This document shows positions 18,465 to 30,922 of a stretch of DNA of 64,000 nt, one piece after another. Numbering within the stretch: position 1 is the stretch's first letter; each line of letters begins with the position of its first letter. The stretch lies in assembly GCA_046260395.1 (NCBI GenBank), contig JBHEPH010000004.1, positions 5,463 to 69,462 on the forward strand. The letters are read 5' to 3'. The notes below the pieces were generated by a model. The model was not told the DNA's origin. It made no database searches and worked only from the letters and a program-made list of their open reading frames with translations. A program made the translations under genes and the position numbers. This stretch comes from Gemmatimonadales bacterium. GTDB lineage: Bacteria; Gemmatimonadota; Gemmatimonadetes; Gemmatimonadales; GWC2-71-9.

Positions 18465-19751
18465 TCAGTGCCCGTGGCCCGCGTGCTCCTTGTGCAGGGT
18501 GATCTCGGCCAGGCGCGGGGAGATCATCGGGAAGGTCCTGGCAAAGAGCGAGTAGGCGAGAAGGAAGAGCCCGAGGAACAGGAGTGTCGGGCCGATCTCG
18601 GCCATCCCGAGCTGCGGGCCGTTGTGGTGCGCCACCGAGGGCATCACGAGCAGGTACCGCTCGATCCACAGGGCGGTGAGGCTCACGAGCGCAAAGAAAC
18701 CCAGCGTCAGGCGATTCTTCTTGGGGGCCTCGCCGATCAGGCCGGCGAACGGCACCAGGAACATCCCGACGAACACCGTCACGCCGATCGGGCGCCATTC
18801 TCCCCAGAGCCGTGAGAAGACAAAGCCGGTTTCCTCGGGCATGTTACCGTACCAGATCACCAGGAACTGGGACCACATCAGGTAGGTCCAGAAGACGCTG
18901 AACCCGAAGATGAGCTTGCCGAGGTCGTGCCGCTGCTTCGGCGAGACGAGGTCGCTGATGCCCAGGTGCTTCGCCCCGTAGATCATCATCACGGCCAGCA
19001 GCGTGTGGCCACCGAGGAAGGAGCCCATGAAGTACCAGCCGCCGAACAGGTTGCTGAACCAGTGAGGCTGCAGCGCCATGATGGCGTCGAAGGCGATGAT
19101 GCTGAACACCACCGCGTAGAGCACGGCATAGGTCGGAGCCAGGCGATGGATCCGGGCCTCGTGCGCGGCGGCCCCGGTGGGGCTCGGGTCATAGCCCGCC
19201 AGCCACCTGTCGTAGAGGGCCCGCCGCTTCTCGTCCACCTTGTGCCGCACGGCGTGGAGGTCGGGCAACAGGTCGGCCTTGATCATGGCCCAGCCCACCA
19301 GGAACAGGGCGCCGACCGCGATCAGCATCCGGGCCACCATCACCGGGTAGGAGAGCCAGATCTCCTTGGCATGCGGAAGGCCGTGCAGTTCTTCCTGCAG
19401 GTGCTCGTAAATCGGGCCGTAGCCGATGGTGTAGATCACCAGCATGGCGACGAAGGAGACCGGCAGGAACGCGACGGCCGCCTGTGAGAACCGGAGGATG
19501 ACCCCCGACCACTTGGCATTGGCGATCTTGTGCACGGCCGTCAGGGCCAGGCTGCCCCCGGCCAGGCCGGTCCAGAACACCCAGTTGACGTGAAAGACCT
19601 GCCACCCCCGGGTGGCGTCCCCGAGGACGAGGGAGGCCACGAAGAGCACCAGGCCCACCACACTGAGCACGACCCCGAGGGTTCGCATGCCCCCCCAGCG
19701 GCCGGCCACGGCGCGTTCCACCAGGCGCTCACGAAGCGCGTCAGCGTTCAT
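18465..19751 (-). CDS. actF: Alternative Complex III subunit ActF (NrfD/PsrC-like polytopic membrane subunit)
   Basis: 428-aa multi-TM protein paralogous to the ActC ORF. It is the last gene of the act cluster and has a 1-nt overlap with actE. Confidence 0.8.
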   Translation of the reverse strand: MNADALRERLVERAVAGRWGGMRTLGVVLSVVGLVLFVASLVLGDATRGWQVFHVNWVFWTGLAGGSLALTAVHKIANAKWSGVILRFSQAAVAFLPVSFVAMLVIYTIGYGPIYEHLQEELHGLPHAKEIWLSYPVMVARMLIAVGALFLVGWAMIKADLLPDLHAVRHKVDEKRRALYDRWLAGYDPSPTGAAAHEARIHRLAPTYAVLYAVVFSIIAFDAIMALQPHWFSNLFGGWYFMGSFLGGHTLLAVMMIYGAKHLGISDLVSPKQRHDLGKLIFGFSVFWTYLMWSQFLVIWYGNMPEETGFVFSRLWGEWRPIGVTVFVGMFLVPFAGLIGEAPKKNRLTLGFFALVSLTALWIERYLLVMPSVAHHNGPQLGMAEIGPTLLFLGLFLLAYSLFARTFPMISPRLAEITLHKEHAGHGH

Positions 19752-20338
19752 CAGTTGGCTCCCCCCGCCGGGGTGTCCTGGGCCTGGAGCTGCCGGACGT
19801 AATTCACGACCGCCCAGCGGTCCTCGGGCCGGACGATCTTGTCACCGTAGCGTCCCATGACCCCCCGCCCGTACCGGATGATGCTGTAGAGGTAGCCATC
19901 ACTGCGGCCGCGGGCCAGGTCGGTCTGGAGCGACGGGGCCCCGGTGAGGTGGCTGATGGTGCCGCCGAGGTTGCCGGAGGGGCCGTGGCACATGGAGCAA
20001 TAGACCTGGAAGAGGGTGTCGCCCTTGGCCAGGGTGGCGGCCACGTCGCCCAGGGTCGGGTTGGCGAGCGCGTCGGCGGTGGTGGTGACCCCGCGCGCGA
20101 ACTCGTCCCGCCAGTCGAGCTCCAGCCGGTGGAGAGCCACCGACCCGGGCACGGCATGGCGCGGAATGTCGGCGCGCTGGTAGGGGTGGATCGCCTGGCT
20201 CTTGATCATGTGGTCGAACCACGGCACCAGCTTGAGCGCATCGTCCGGCGAGGGGACCTTGTCATAGTAGAAGTTGCAGCCGCCGAGGGCTGCCACCAGG
20301 AGCACGGCCAGGAGGCCGCGACGCTCAGGCTGCCTCAT
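19751..20338 (-). CDS. actE: Alternative Complex III subunit ActE (monohaem cytochrome c lipoprotein)
   Basis: 195 aa with lipobox LGGC and a single CSMCHG haem-c motif. It occupies the position after actD. Confidence 0.8.
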   Translation of the reverse strand: MRQPERRGLLAVLLVAALGGCNFYYDKVPSPDDALKLVPWFDHMIKSQAIHPYQRADIPRHAVPGSVALHRLELDWRDEFARGVTTTADALANPTLGDVAATLAKGDTLFQVYCSMCHGPSGNLGGTISHLTGAPSLQTDLARGRSDGYLYSIIRYGRGVMGRYGDKIVRPEDRWAVVNYVRQLQAQDTPAGGAN

Positions 20339-20837
20339 GCTGCACCTCCACCGAGCCGGCGTCGGTTACCAGGCGGATGATGCCATCGGCCTCCTGCGGC
20401 CCGCAGGGCACGAAGATGCCGATGCGGTCGTCGCTGAACCGCGGGTGATACGGGCGCCCCTTGAGCGAGCGGAGCATCGAGAGGATGATCACCCCCGCCA
20501 CCGTGAAGAGGCTGCCGAACAGGATGGTGAGCTCGAACGCCAGTACCACGTAGGGCGGAATCGCGCCGATCGGCTTGCCGCCCACCAGCACCGGCCAGTC
20601 GTAGGACATCCAGAGCGTCATCGCGAACCCCGCGGTGACGCCGATCAGTCCGCCCAGCAGGGTGAAGAGCCGCACCCCGCTGACCGGGTGGCCGATCGCC
20701 TCCTCCAGCTCGTGGTTGGGGGCGGCGGAATAGACGGTCAGGTCGGCATGGCCGCGGGCCTTGAGGGCGTGGATCGCCTCGGTGGCCGCATCAATGTGCT
20801 CAAACGAGGCGAGCACGCCAGGCATCATGGCGCCCAT
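20325..20837 (-). CDS. actD: Alternative Complex III subunit ActD (DUF3341-like, two TM helices)
   Basis: 170 aa with a soluble N-domain followed by two TM helices. Its position between actC and actE matches known ACIII operons. Confidence 0.75.
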   Translation of the reverse strand: MGAMMPGVLASFEHIDAATEAIHALKARGHADLTVYSAAPNHELEEAIGHPVSGVRLFTLLGGLIGVTAGFAMTLWMSYDWPVLVGGKPIGAIPPYVVLAFELTILFGSLFTVAGVIILSMLRSLKGRPYHPRFSDDRIGIFVPCGPQEADGIIRLVTDAGSVEVQHEAA

Positions 20838-20838
20838 C

Positions 20839-22185
20839 TCAGTGCCCCCCCTTCCGGCGACGGGGCATCGGGATCATCTCCTTGATCTCCTGGATCGCGA
20901 CGATCGGGAAGGTCCGCGCGAAGAGGAGGAAGTACATCAGGAACCAGCCGAACGACCCCAGCAGGATCCCCCAGTCGGCCCAGGTCGGGTTCATCTGGTC
21001 CCAGGCGTAGGGGATGAAGTCGGCGGACAGCGAGTTGATGATGACGTAGCGCTCGAACCACATCCCGATGTTGATGAAGATCGAGATGATGAAGAGCGAG
21101 GTCAGGTTGGTCCGGATCTTCTTGAACCAGAGCAGCTGCGACACGAACGCGTTGCAGATGATCATGGACCAGCCACCCCACCACATCGGCCCGAAGGCGC
21201 GGCGCCAGAAGGCCGTCTGCTCGTAGGTGTTGGAGCTGTACCAGGCGATGAAGTACTCCATCGCGTAGGCGTAGAAGAGGATCGTCCCGGTCAGCAGGGT
21301 CAGCTTGGCCAGGTTGTCGAAGTGGTACTCGGTGATCATGTGCTCGACCTTGAGCACCTTGCGCAGCGGAATCAGCAGGGTGAGCACCATGCCGATGCCG
21401 GAATAGATGGCGCCCGCCACGAAATACGGGGCGAAGATGGTGCCGTGCCATCCGGGAATGATCGACACCGCGAAGTCCCACGACACGACCGAGTGGACCG
21501 ACAGCACGAGCGGCGTGGCCAGCGCGGCCAGGTAGAGATAGCCGCGGGTGTAGTGCCGCCACTGGCTGTCGGCGCCCGTCCAACCCAGCGAGCACATCGC
21601 GTAGACCTTCTTGCGCCAGCCCGAGACCTTGTCACGGACCGCCGCGATGTCGGGCACCAGCCCGACCACCAGGAAGGTGGCCGAGACGGTGAAGTAGGTG
21701 CTGATGGCGAAGACGTCCCAGACCAGTGGCGACTTGAAATTGGGCCAGAGGAACCGGGCGTTGGGGTACGGCAACAGCCAGTAGAAGATCCACTGCCGCC
21801 CGATGTGGATGATCGGGAAGAGCGCGGCCGTCATGACCGCGAACACCGTCATCGCCTCGGTGGAGCGGTAGACGGCCGTGCGCCAGGGGCTGCGGAACAG
21901 GAACAGGATCGCCGAAATCAGGGTGCCGGCGTGGCCGATGCCGACCCAGAACACGAAGGTCGTGATGTAGACCGACCACATGATTGGCGGATTGTACCCG
22001 GCGTGGCCCAGGCCGTCCTTGAGCAGGATGGCGAAGGTGACCAGGCCGACGAGAAACGCGCCGACGGCCGCGAACAGCGCCAGATAGTAGCCCCGGCTCG
22101 GCGTCCCCAGCGTGGCCAGGACGTCGCGGGTCACCTCCGCGTGCGTCTGCGTGCGCGGCATCGGGTCGTGCGTGATGGCGCCCAT
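20839..22185 (-). CDS. actC: Alternative Complex III subunit ActC (NrfD-like quinol-interacting membrane subunit)
   Basis: 448-aa polytopic membrane protein of the NrfD/PsrC type, immediately after actB. Confidence 0.85.
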   Translation of the reverse strand: MGAITHDPMPRTQTHAEVTRDVLATLGTPSRGYYLALFAAVGAFLVGLVTFAILLKDGLGHAGYNPPIMWSVYITTFVFWVGIGHAGTLISAILFLFRSPWRTAVYRSTEAMTVFAVMTAALFPIIHIGRQWIFYWLLPYPNARFLWPNFKSPLVWDVFAISTYFTVSATFLVVGLVPDIAAVRDKVSGWRKKVYAMCSLGWTGADSQWRHYTRGYLYLAALATPLVLSVHSVVSWDFAVSIIPGWHGTIFAPYFVAGAIYSGIGMVLTLLIPLRKVLKVEHMITEYHFDNLAKLTLLTGTILFYAYAMEYFIAWYSSNTYEQTAFWRRAFGPMWWGGWSMIICNAFVSQLLWFKKIRTNLTSLFIISIFINIGMWFERYVIINSLSADFIPYAWDQMNPTWADWGILLGSFGWFLMYFLLFARTFPIVAIQEIKEMIPMPRRRKGGH

Positions 22186-22188
22186 GGA

Positions 22189-25185
<2,997 letters not shown>

Positions 25186-25200
25186 CGGCGCTCCGAGGGA

Positions 25201-25797
25201 TCAGTAGTGGCACACCGAGCAGTCCCTCGAGACGTTCCGCTCGAGGTGACAGCTGATGCACCAGCCCATGTTGTTGATGTTGTTCACCTTGAAGACCTGC
25301 GGCATGCGGGCGATATCACCGTGGCAGGTGGCGCAGGCGTTGGGGCCCATGGCCTTCACATGACGCATGTGCGGGAAGTGGGCATGCCTCGCCAGGGTGT
25401 GAATCCGGACCCATTCCACCGGCTGCCGCTCATTCCAGGCGTCCCGCAGCTTGCGAATCTCGGCCCGGTTGGTCGAGTCCGAGCCGGCAATGACCAGGTG
25501 GCAGGTCATGCAGGATTCCATCGACGGGATCCCGGGCTCGCTCGCCACGTTGACCGAGTAGTGGCAATACTGGCAGGCGATCTTGTACTGCCCCGCGTGG
25601 ATGTCGTGCCGGAAGAAGATCGGCTGCCGGGGGCCCTTGAGCCCCGCGGTGTCTCCCGCGGCCAGCATGTAGGCCGTCGCCGAGTCCCGGCTCTCGCCCG
25701 GCTCCTGGGCGGTGAACTCGGGTGCGGAGGTGGGGAGAAGGAACGCCGCGCCAGCCACGAGGGCCGAGACGACGCCGACTGCCACAAGCTTGCGCAT
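25201..25797 (-). CDS. actA: Alternative Complex III subunit ActA (pentahaem cytochrome c)
   Basis: Five CxxCH motifs (CQYCH, CMTCH, CATCH, CISCH, CSVCH) and an N-terminal membrane anchor. GGAAGG sits 5 nt upstream of ATG 25797. The ORF track extends to an alternative ATG at 25842. Confidence 0.8.
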   Translation of the reverse strand: MRKLVAVGVVSALVAGAAFLLPTSAPEFTAQEPGESRDSATAYMLAAGDTAGLKGPRQPIFFRHDIHAGQYKIACQYCHYSVNVASEPGIPSMESCMTCHLVIAGSDSTNRAEIRKLRDAWNERQPVEWVRIHTLARHAHFPHMRHVKAMGPNACATCHGDIARMPQVFKVNNINNMGWCISCHLERNVSRDCSVCHY

Positions 25798-25934
25798 GCC
25801 TGCCTTCCGACGGGTGTCAGGGTGAGCGGGCCGAAGCCGCACCGATCCTGTCCGGCAGGGTCTGCCGGTGGGTCAGGTACCCGATCCTCTGGGTGGAATC
25901 CGCGAAAAATACTTGAGTGCTAACCCGATACAAG

Positions 25935-26750
25935 TCATGGCAGTGGCGAATAATCGGGAGTGTTTTCGTCGGGATCATCGGAAACGGGATCCTTCCCCTC
26001 GATCCGGGCCGGAACCGGCAGCCCCTGGCGCTCGAGGTAGCGGACCACCTCGATGCCCATCGCCCGCAGCAACGCCGCTTCCCGCCCGTCGAGTCCGGCG
26101 CGGTACACCAGTTCGCGGAAGCCGCGCATGACGCGACCCGGCTGGCGCGTCTTGAAGAAATCAATGGCCCAGAGCGACCGTTCCCAGTCCCGGAAGAGGT
26201 GATCGAGCTGCGCCCCGGTGGCCGGGTCGGCCGGATGCCGCGGCGACTTGAATGGCTGGCCCGAGCCTTCGCGCGCCAGATAGCACTCGTAACTGATGAT
26301 CGCGACCGCCTGCGCCAGGTTCAGCGACCGGTAGTCAGGGTTGGTGGCGATGGTGACCAGGGCGTGACAGCGGTCGAGCTCCTCGTTGGTGAGCCCCTTG
26401 TCCTCGCGGCCGAACACCGCCGCCACCGGGGACGCCTCCGCGCGCTGGGTCAGTTCCCAGGCCGCTTCGGACGGCCGCATCACGCTCCGCTTCTGCGCCC
26501 GGCCACGTGCGGTGAGCGCCACGGTGTACCCCACATCGGCCAGCGCCTCGTCCAGGCTGTCGGCGATCTGGATCTGTTCGATCAGGTCCCCGGTGTTGTG
26601 GGCGATCCCTTCGATCCGCCAGGGGTCGAACGCGGCGGGGCGGACCAGCCGCAGCCGCTCCACCCCGAAGTTCTTGGCGATCCGGACCGCCGAGGCGATG
26701 TTGACGAGGTCCTGCGGCTCGACCAGGACGAGGATGGGTGGCGCGCTCAC
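25935..26750 (-). CDS. SpoU/TrmH-family RNA 2'-O-methyltransferase (TrmJ-like)
   Basis: 271 aa with SPOUT motifs (NIASAVRIAKNFG, VFGREDKGLTNEE, IATNPDYRSLNLAQAVAIISYE). The GTG start overlaps the PilT stop (GTGA). Confidence 0.8.
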   Translation of the reverse strand: MSAPPILVLVEPQDLVNIASAVRIAKNFGVERLRLVRPAAFDPWRIEGIAHNTGDLIEQIQIADSLDEALADVGYTVALTARGRAQKRSVMRPSEAAWELTQRAEASPVAAVFGREDKGLTNEELDRCHALVTIATNPDYRSLNLAQAVAIISYECYLAREGSGQPFKSPRHPADPATGAQLDHLFRDWERSLWAIDFFKTRQPGRVMRGFRELVYRAGLDGREAALLRAMGIEVVRYLERQGLPVPARIEGKDPVSDDPDENTPDYSPLP

Positions 26751-28186
26751 ACCTCGTCCAGGAAGCCAAGGTCATGGCCGCGCTGCTTGAGGGATGTCAG
26801 GAGGCTGGCCTTGTCCGCGGACTTCAGGAAGGCCTCGCGCGGCTCGACCACCTTGCCATCCACCAGCTCCATCAGCGCATCATTCAGCATGATCATGCCG
26901 ACCTTCCGGTTGGTCTGCATGATCGAGGGGATCTGGAAGGTCTTCCCTTCCCGGATCAGGTTGGACACCGCCGGGATCGAGAGGAGAATCTCGCGCGCGG
27001 CGACGCGTCCCCCGCCGATCTTGCGGCAGAGCACCTGTGCCACCACGCCCCGCAGTGACTCGGAGAGCATCACCCGAATCTGCGACTGCCGGTCGGCCGG
27101 GAACTGGTCGATGACCCGATCGAGGGTTGACGCCGCGGTGGTGGTGTGCAGCGTCCCGAACACCAGGTGACCGGTCTCGGCGGTCTCGATGGCGATGCTG
27201 ACGGTCTCGAGGTCGCGCAATTCGCCCACCAGGATCACGTCCGGGTCCTCGCGGAGGGCGGCCCGCAGGGCGGCCTTGAACGAGCGGGTGTGGAGGCCGA
27301 CCTGCCGCTGGGTCACCAGGCACTTCTTGCTCTGGTGCACGAACTCGATCGGGTCCTCGATGGTCAGCACGTGATCGGACCGGGTGCGGTTCACCAGGTC
27401 CACCATCGCCGCGAGGGTGGTGGACTTCCCGGATCCGGTCGGGCCGGTCACCAGGACCAGCCCCTTCGTCAGGTCGCACAGCCGCTGCACCTCACGCGAG
27501 ATGCCCAGCTGCTCGACACTCAGGATGTCCGCGGGGATGATGCGAAAGACGGCCATCGGGCCGATCCGGTCCCGACCGGCATTGCAGCGGAAACGGGCGA
27601 CACCGCCGATTTCATACGCCCAGTCCACGTCGTTGTCTGACCGGAACGCCGTGACATCCCGCGGTTCCATGATGGACAGGAGCATCGCCTCGAGCTGCTC
27701 CGGGCTCAGGGGCGCCGCGTCCTGGCGGACCAGTTCGCCATCCTTGCGCAGGATCGGCGGCTCCCCCGAGCGGAGGTGCAGATCGGAGGCGCCGCTGCTG
27801 TGCAGCGTGCGCAACAGCGTCTCGATCTCCCCGCGAGCGGCCGTCAGGTCCGGTCCGGTGGCCCGGGCCGCCGGCGCGGCCGCGGCGCCGATGAATCGCA
27901 GCGTGGCACCGCTCCCCTGCGCCGTCGGCGCGACGGCGACCTCAACCTCTCCCGAGGGAGAGGCATAGGTGTAGCTGACCTCCGCGCCGGGCACCAGCAG
28001 TGCGGCGAGTTCCGGCGGGGCCACTTCCTTGAGCAGGCCCGCGACGGTGATCTCGTCGAGAATCTCCTTGGTGACCGGCCGGAGCTGGCCACGAAGCGAC
28101 AGCCGGGCAGGTTCCTGGGCGGCAAGGTGCAGGCTCTCGGCGCCGTGGTCCTTCATGGCGGTCAGAAATCGGTCGAGTCGGGCCAC
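26747..28186 (-). CDS. pilT: PilT-family type IV pilus retraction ATPase with a duplicated N-terminal domain
   Basis: Walker A GPTGSGKST, Walker B DVILVGELRD, His box GHLVFGTLHT and the PilT motif AVSNLIREGK. An extra degenerate copy of the N-domain is present (LDRFLTAMKDHGAESLHLAAQEP...). GTG 28186 lies 8 nt after the upstream stop. The ORF-track start at 28279 overlaps the upstream gene. Confidence 0.85.
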   Translation of the reverse strand: MARLDRFLTAMKDHGAESLHLAAQEPARLSLRGQLRPVTKEILDEITVAGLLKEVAPPELAALLVPGAEVSYTYASPSGEVEVAVAPTAQGSGATLRFIGAAAAPAARATGPDLTAARGEIETLLRTLHSSGASDLHLRSGEPPILRKDGELVRQDAAPLSPEQLEAMLLSIMEPRDVTAFRSDNDVDWAYEIGGVARFRCNAGRDRIGPMAVFRIIPADILSVEQLGISREVQRLCDLTKGLVLVTGPTGSGKSTTLAAMVDLVNRTRSDHVLTIEDPIEFVHQSKKCLVTQRQVGLHTRSFKAALRAALREDPDVILVGELRDLETVSIAIETAETGHLVFGTLHTTTAASTLDRVIDQFPADRQSQIRVMLSESLRGVVAQVLCRKIGGGRVAAREILLSIPAVSNLIREGKTFQIPSIMQTNRKVGMIMLNDALMELVDGKVVEPREAFLKSADKASLLTSLKQRGHDLGFLDEV

Positions 28187-28193
28187 GTCACAC

Positions 28194-28661
28194 TCACTCG
28201 ATGGGGCGCGCCACACGAACCAGCGCGCGATTGATGTAGTAGGCGGCCTCCTCGACCCAGAAGGCCAGGAACGCACCACCGCTGTTCAGGCAGTCCAGCG
28301 CCCGCAGCCGGGTCGGTGGCTGGGTGACGCCGGCACGGCCCCGGATCACGAGGCCGTCGGCCATCACCAGTTCGAGCTCCGCAAACCGGGTGATCCCCAA
28401 CCGGTCCATTTCGGACTCCGGCGGCGCCGGGTCACAGCGAATCAACCCGACATGGTCCTTCCCTAGAAAGACAATCGCACCATCCGGGAGCGCCAGCGGA
28501 AAGAACCGGTCACCGCGCTCGAGCAGGTCGAGCGGCGTTTCCGCCCCGCTGTGATGCGGTACCCGTTCCTGCAGGAAGAGCTCGCCGGCCACCTCCTCCC
28601 CGTCGTCGAGGCGGACCATCACCGCCAGTCGGAGGGTTCCCCCCCATTCACTCATGCCCAC
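28194..28661 (-). CDS. Hypothetical protein, internal two-fold repeat
   Basis: 155 aa with high GC3. Two similar halves: LAVMVRLDDGEEVAGELFL...LDLLERGDRFFPLALPDGAIVFLGKDHVGLIR and ELELVMADGLVIRGRAGV...ALDCLNSGGAFLAFWVEEAAYYINRALVRVAR. I recognise no family. Confidence 0.5.
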   Translation of the reverse strand: MGMSEWGGTLRLAVMVRLDDGEEVAGELFLQERVPHHSGAETPLDLLERGDRFFPLALPDGAIVFLGKDHVGLIRCDPAPPESEMDRLGITRFAELELVMADGLVIRGRAGVTQPPTRLRALDCLNSGGAFLAFWVEEAAYYINRALVRVARPIE

Positions 28662-28679
28662 TCCCGGTTGCCGGATGAC

Positions 28680-29579
28680 TCATCCTCGGATCTCCACGCC
28701 TGCCTGCTGTTCCACCATCCGGATCGCCTCAAGGTAGTCCGCGGATTCCCCAAGCAACTCCCGGGCCTCCGCCAGGCGGTCTCGCACGCGGTCCAGCACC
28801 GGGCCGTCCACACCCTCGGCGCGAAGCAGATCGGTGGCAATGCCGACATCCTTGTGCAGCAGTGCCAGGCGAAAGGTCAGCGGCCAGCACCCCGTCAGGA
28901 CCCGCTCGGGGACCAGTGTTTCGCTCACGAACGAGCGACCGCTGGAGACATTCAGCACCTGGAGCGCAAGGCGCGGCTCCACCCCGGCCTTGACGAGCGC
29001 CGCCACGCCTTCCCCAACGGTCAGGATGTGGACAGCCAGGAGGGCGTTGTTGACCGCCTTCATGGCATCCCCGGCGCCGACCGATCCCATGCGCACCACC
29101 CACCCGGCAAACGGGGCCACCGCAGCCTCAACCCGTGGCAGCAGCTCCGGCTCACAGCCAACCATCACCGTCAGGGTCCCCGCCTCGGCGCCATTCGTCC
29201 CGCCGCTGACCGGCGCATCCGCAAAGCCCACCCCGTGCGCCGCCAGGCGCTCGGCGATCCGCCGGCTCCCGGCCGGCGTGCCCGAGGTGCAGTCCACCAG
29301 CAGGGAGCCCGGGGCGAACCCCTCGAGCAGCCCATCCGGGCCGTCGAGGATCGCCTCCACATCCGCGGTGGTGGAGAGACAGGTGATGACCACCGGCACG
29401 GCGGCCGCCAGCTCGCGCGGGCTCCCCACCACGGTCGCCGTGGGATGCGCAGCCGCAAACTCCGCGGCCCGGCTGCTGGTCCGGTTCCACACGGCGACCG
29501 GGCCGGCGGCGGCCAGCCGGGCGGCCATCGGCCAGCCGATGGCGCCGAGCCCCGCGAAGCCGACCTGGGGTAGGGTCAG
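28680..29579 (-). CDS. NAD(P)-dependent beta-hydroxyacid dehydrogenase (3-hydroxyisobutyrate/6-phosphogluconate dehydrogenase-like)
   Basis: N-terminal dinucleotide fold VGFAGLGAIGWPMAARL, followed by the family-typical DAPVSGG and GAGDAMKAVNN motifs. The start is uncertain: CTG 29579 overlaps the ferritin TGA, and the only ATG (29711) overlaps ferritin by 136 nt. Confidence 0.75.
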   Translation of the reverse strand: MTLPQVGFAGLGAIGWPMAARLAAAGPVAVWNRTSSRAAEFAAAHPTATVVGSPRELAAAVPVVITCLSTTADVEAILDGPDGLLEGFAPGSLLVDCTSGTPAGSRRIAERLAAHGVGFADAPVSGGTNGAEAGTLTVMVGCEPELLPRVEAAVAPFAGWVVRMGSVGAGDAMKAVNNALLAVHILTVGEGVAALVKAGVEPRLALQVLNVSSGRSFVSETLVPERVLTGCWPLTFRLALLHKDVGIATDLLRAEGVDGPVLDRVRDRLAEARELLGESADYLEAIRMVEQQAGVEIRG

Positions 29580-30076
29580 TCTACCGCTCCGCGACCACCG
29601 AGTTCCTTGTCGAACATGTAGAGCCCGTTGGCGTTCTCGCCGATCATCCGCAATGTCTCGACGATCTGCGTGCCGGTCTTCTCCTCCTCCACCTGCTCGG
29701 TAATGAACCACTGCAGCATCGCCTGGGAGGGGTAGTCCTTTTCCTTGAGTGCCTGCTCGTAGAGCGCGATGATTGACGCCGAGACCTTCCCCTCGTGCTC
29801 CAGCGCGACCTCGAAGGCGTTGAGCGGGCTGGCAAATTCATGCTGCGGCTCGTCCAGCGCGCCGAGGGTGACCCGGCCGCCGCGATCCTCGATGAAATCG
29901 AAGAACTTCATGGCGTGCGCCTGTTCCTCCGCGGCCTGGGCGCGCATCCAGCTGGCGTAGCCGTTGTAGTTGCGGTGGCCGAAGAAAGCGGCCATCGACA
30001 GGTAGAGATAATGGGCGTTGAGCTCCTTGCGGAGCTGGTCGTTCATCGCGGCCTGCATCGTGGCACTGAGTTGCAT
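29576..30076 (-). CDS. ftn: Non-haem bacterial ferritin
   Basis: 166 aa with a ferritin four-helix pattern and ferroxidase-site residues (ELNAHYLYLSMA, AAEEQAHAMKFFDFIEDRGG, ALEHEGKVS, WFITEQVEEE). Confidence 0.85.
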   Translation of the reverse strand: MQLSATMQAAMNDQLRKELNAHYLYLSMAAFFGHRNYNGYASWMRAQAAEEQAHAMKFFDFIEDRGGRVTLGALDEPQHEFASPLNAFEVALEHEGKVSASIIALYEQALKEKDYPSQAMLQWFITEQVEEEKTGTQIVETLRMIGENANGLYMFDKELGGRGAVD

Positions 30077-30127
30077 GGGAACGCCTCGGCATGAATGAGG
30101 TGGACGATCGGGGTGTAATTTACATCA

Positions 30128-30922
30128 ATGTCGTCTCCCGCGTCCCCCCCGTCCCGCTGGCCCCGCCTTGCCGTCGCGTTCCTGGGCAGCCTGCTGGTCC
30201 TCTTCATTGCCGGGCCGGTGGCCCGCCTGCTGCTGCACGCCACGCCCGGGGGGCTCGCCGAGGCGGCGATGGACCCGGAACTGCGCGCGTCCATCATCCT
30301 CACCGTCTTCACCGCCACCACCGCCACCCTCCTTGCCCTGGCGCTCGGCGTGCCGCTGGCTTGGCTGCTGGTCCGGTCCCGCTTTCCCGGCCGGCGGATC
30401 ATTACCGGACTGGTGGAGCTTCCGGTGGTGATTCCCCACCCCGTGGCGGGGATTGCCCTGCTGCTCTTCCTGGGCCGCAACTCCCCGGTGGGGGGCACCC
30501 TGGCCCAGGTGGGGCTTGAGTTCGTCAGTCATGTGCCCGGGATCATCGCTGGGATGCTGTTCGTCTCCGCCCCGATCCTGGTCAGCGGCGCCCGGGAGGC
30601 GTTCCTGGCGGTGGACCCCCGGCTGGAGCGGGTGGCCCGCTCGCTCGGGGATTCGCCGTGGCGGGCCTTCCGGTCGGTCACGCTGCCACTGGCCGCCCGG
30701 GGCATCCTCGCCGGCGGCCTGCTGGCCTGGGCGCGCGCCGTGAGCGAGTTCGGATCGATCGTCATCCTGACCTACAACCCGAAGGTGGCCAGCATCCTGA
30801 TCTACGACCGGTTCACGCTCTACGGGCTGGGCGCGGCAATCCCAGCCGCCGTGGTCCTGCTGCTGGTGGCGGTCGGGGTCTTCCTTCTGGTACGGTTGCT
30901 CCAGGGCGCGGAAGACCAATGA
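30128..30922 (+). CDS. ABC importer permease, molybdate/tungstate/sulfate (ModB/WtpB-like) type
   Basis: 264 aa with about 6 TM helices and an EAA loop (RVARSLGDSPWRAFRSVTLPLAARGILAGGLLAWARAVSEFG). Confidence 0.8.
   Translation: MSSPASPPSRWPRLAVAFLGSLLVLFIAGPVARLLLHATPGGLAEAAMDPELRASIILTVFTATTATLLALALGVPLAWLLVRSRFPGRRIITGLVELPVVIPHPVAGIALLLFLGRNSPVGGTLAQVGLEFVSHVPGIIAGMLFVSAPILVSGAREAFLAVDPRLERVARSLGDSPWRAFRSVTLPLAARGILAGGLLAWARAVSEFGSIVILTYNPKVASILIYDRFTLYGLGAAIPAAVVLLLVAVGVFLLVRLLQGAEDQ

Noticed and set aside
25798-25842. Upstream ATG for actA
   Set aside because: The downstream ATG 25797 has a well-spaced GGAAGG and starts right at the membrane anchor. The longer form is not excluded.
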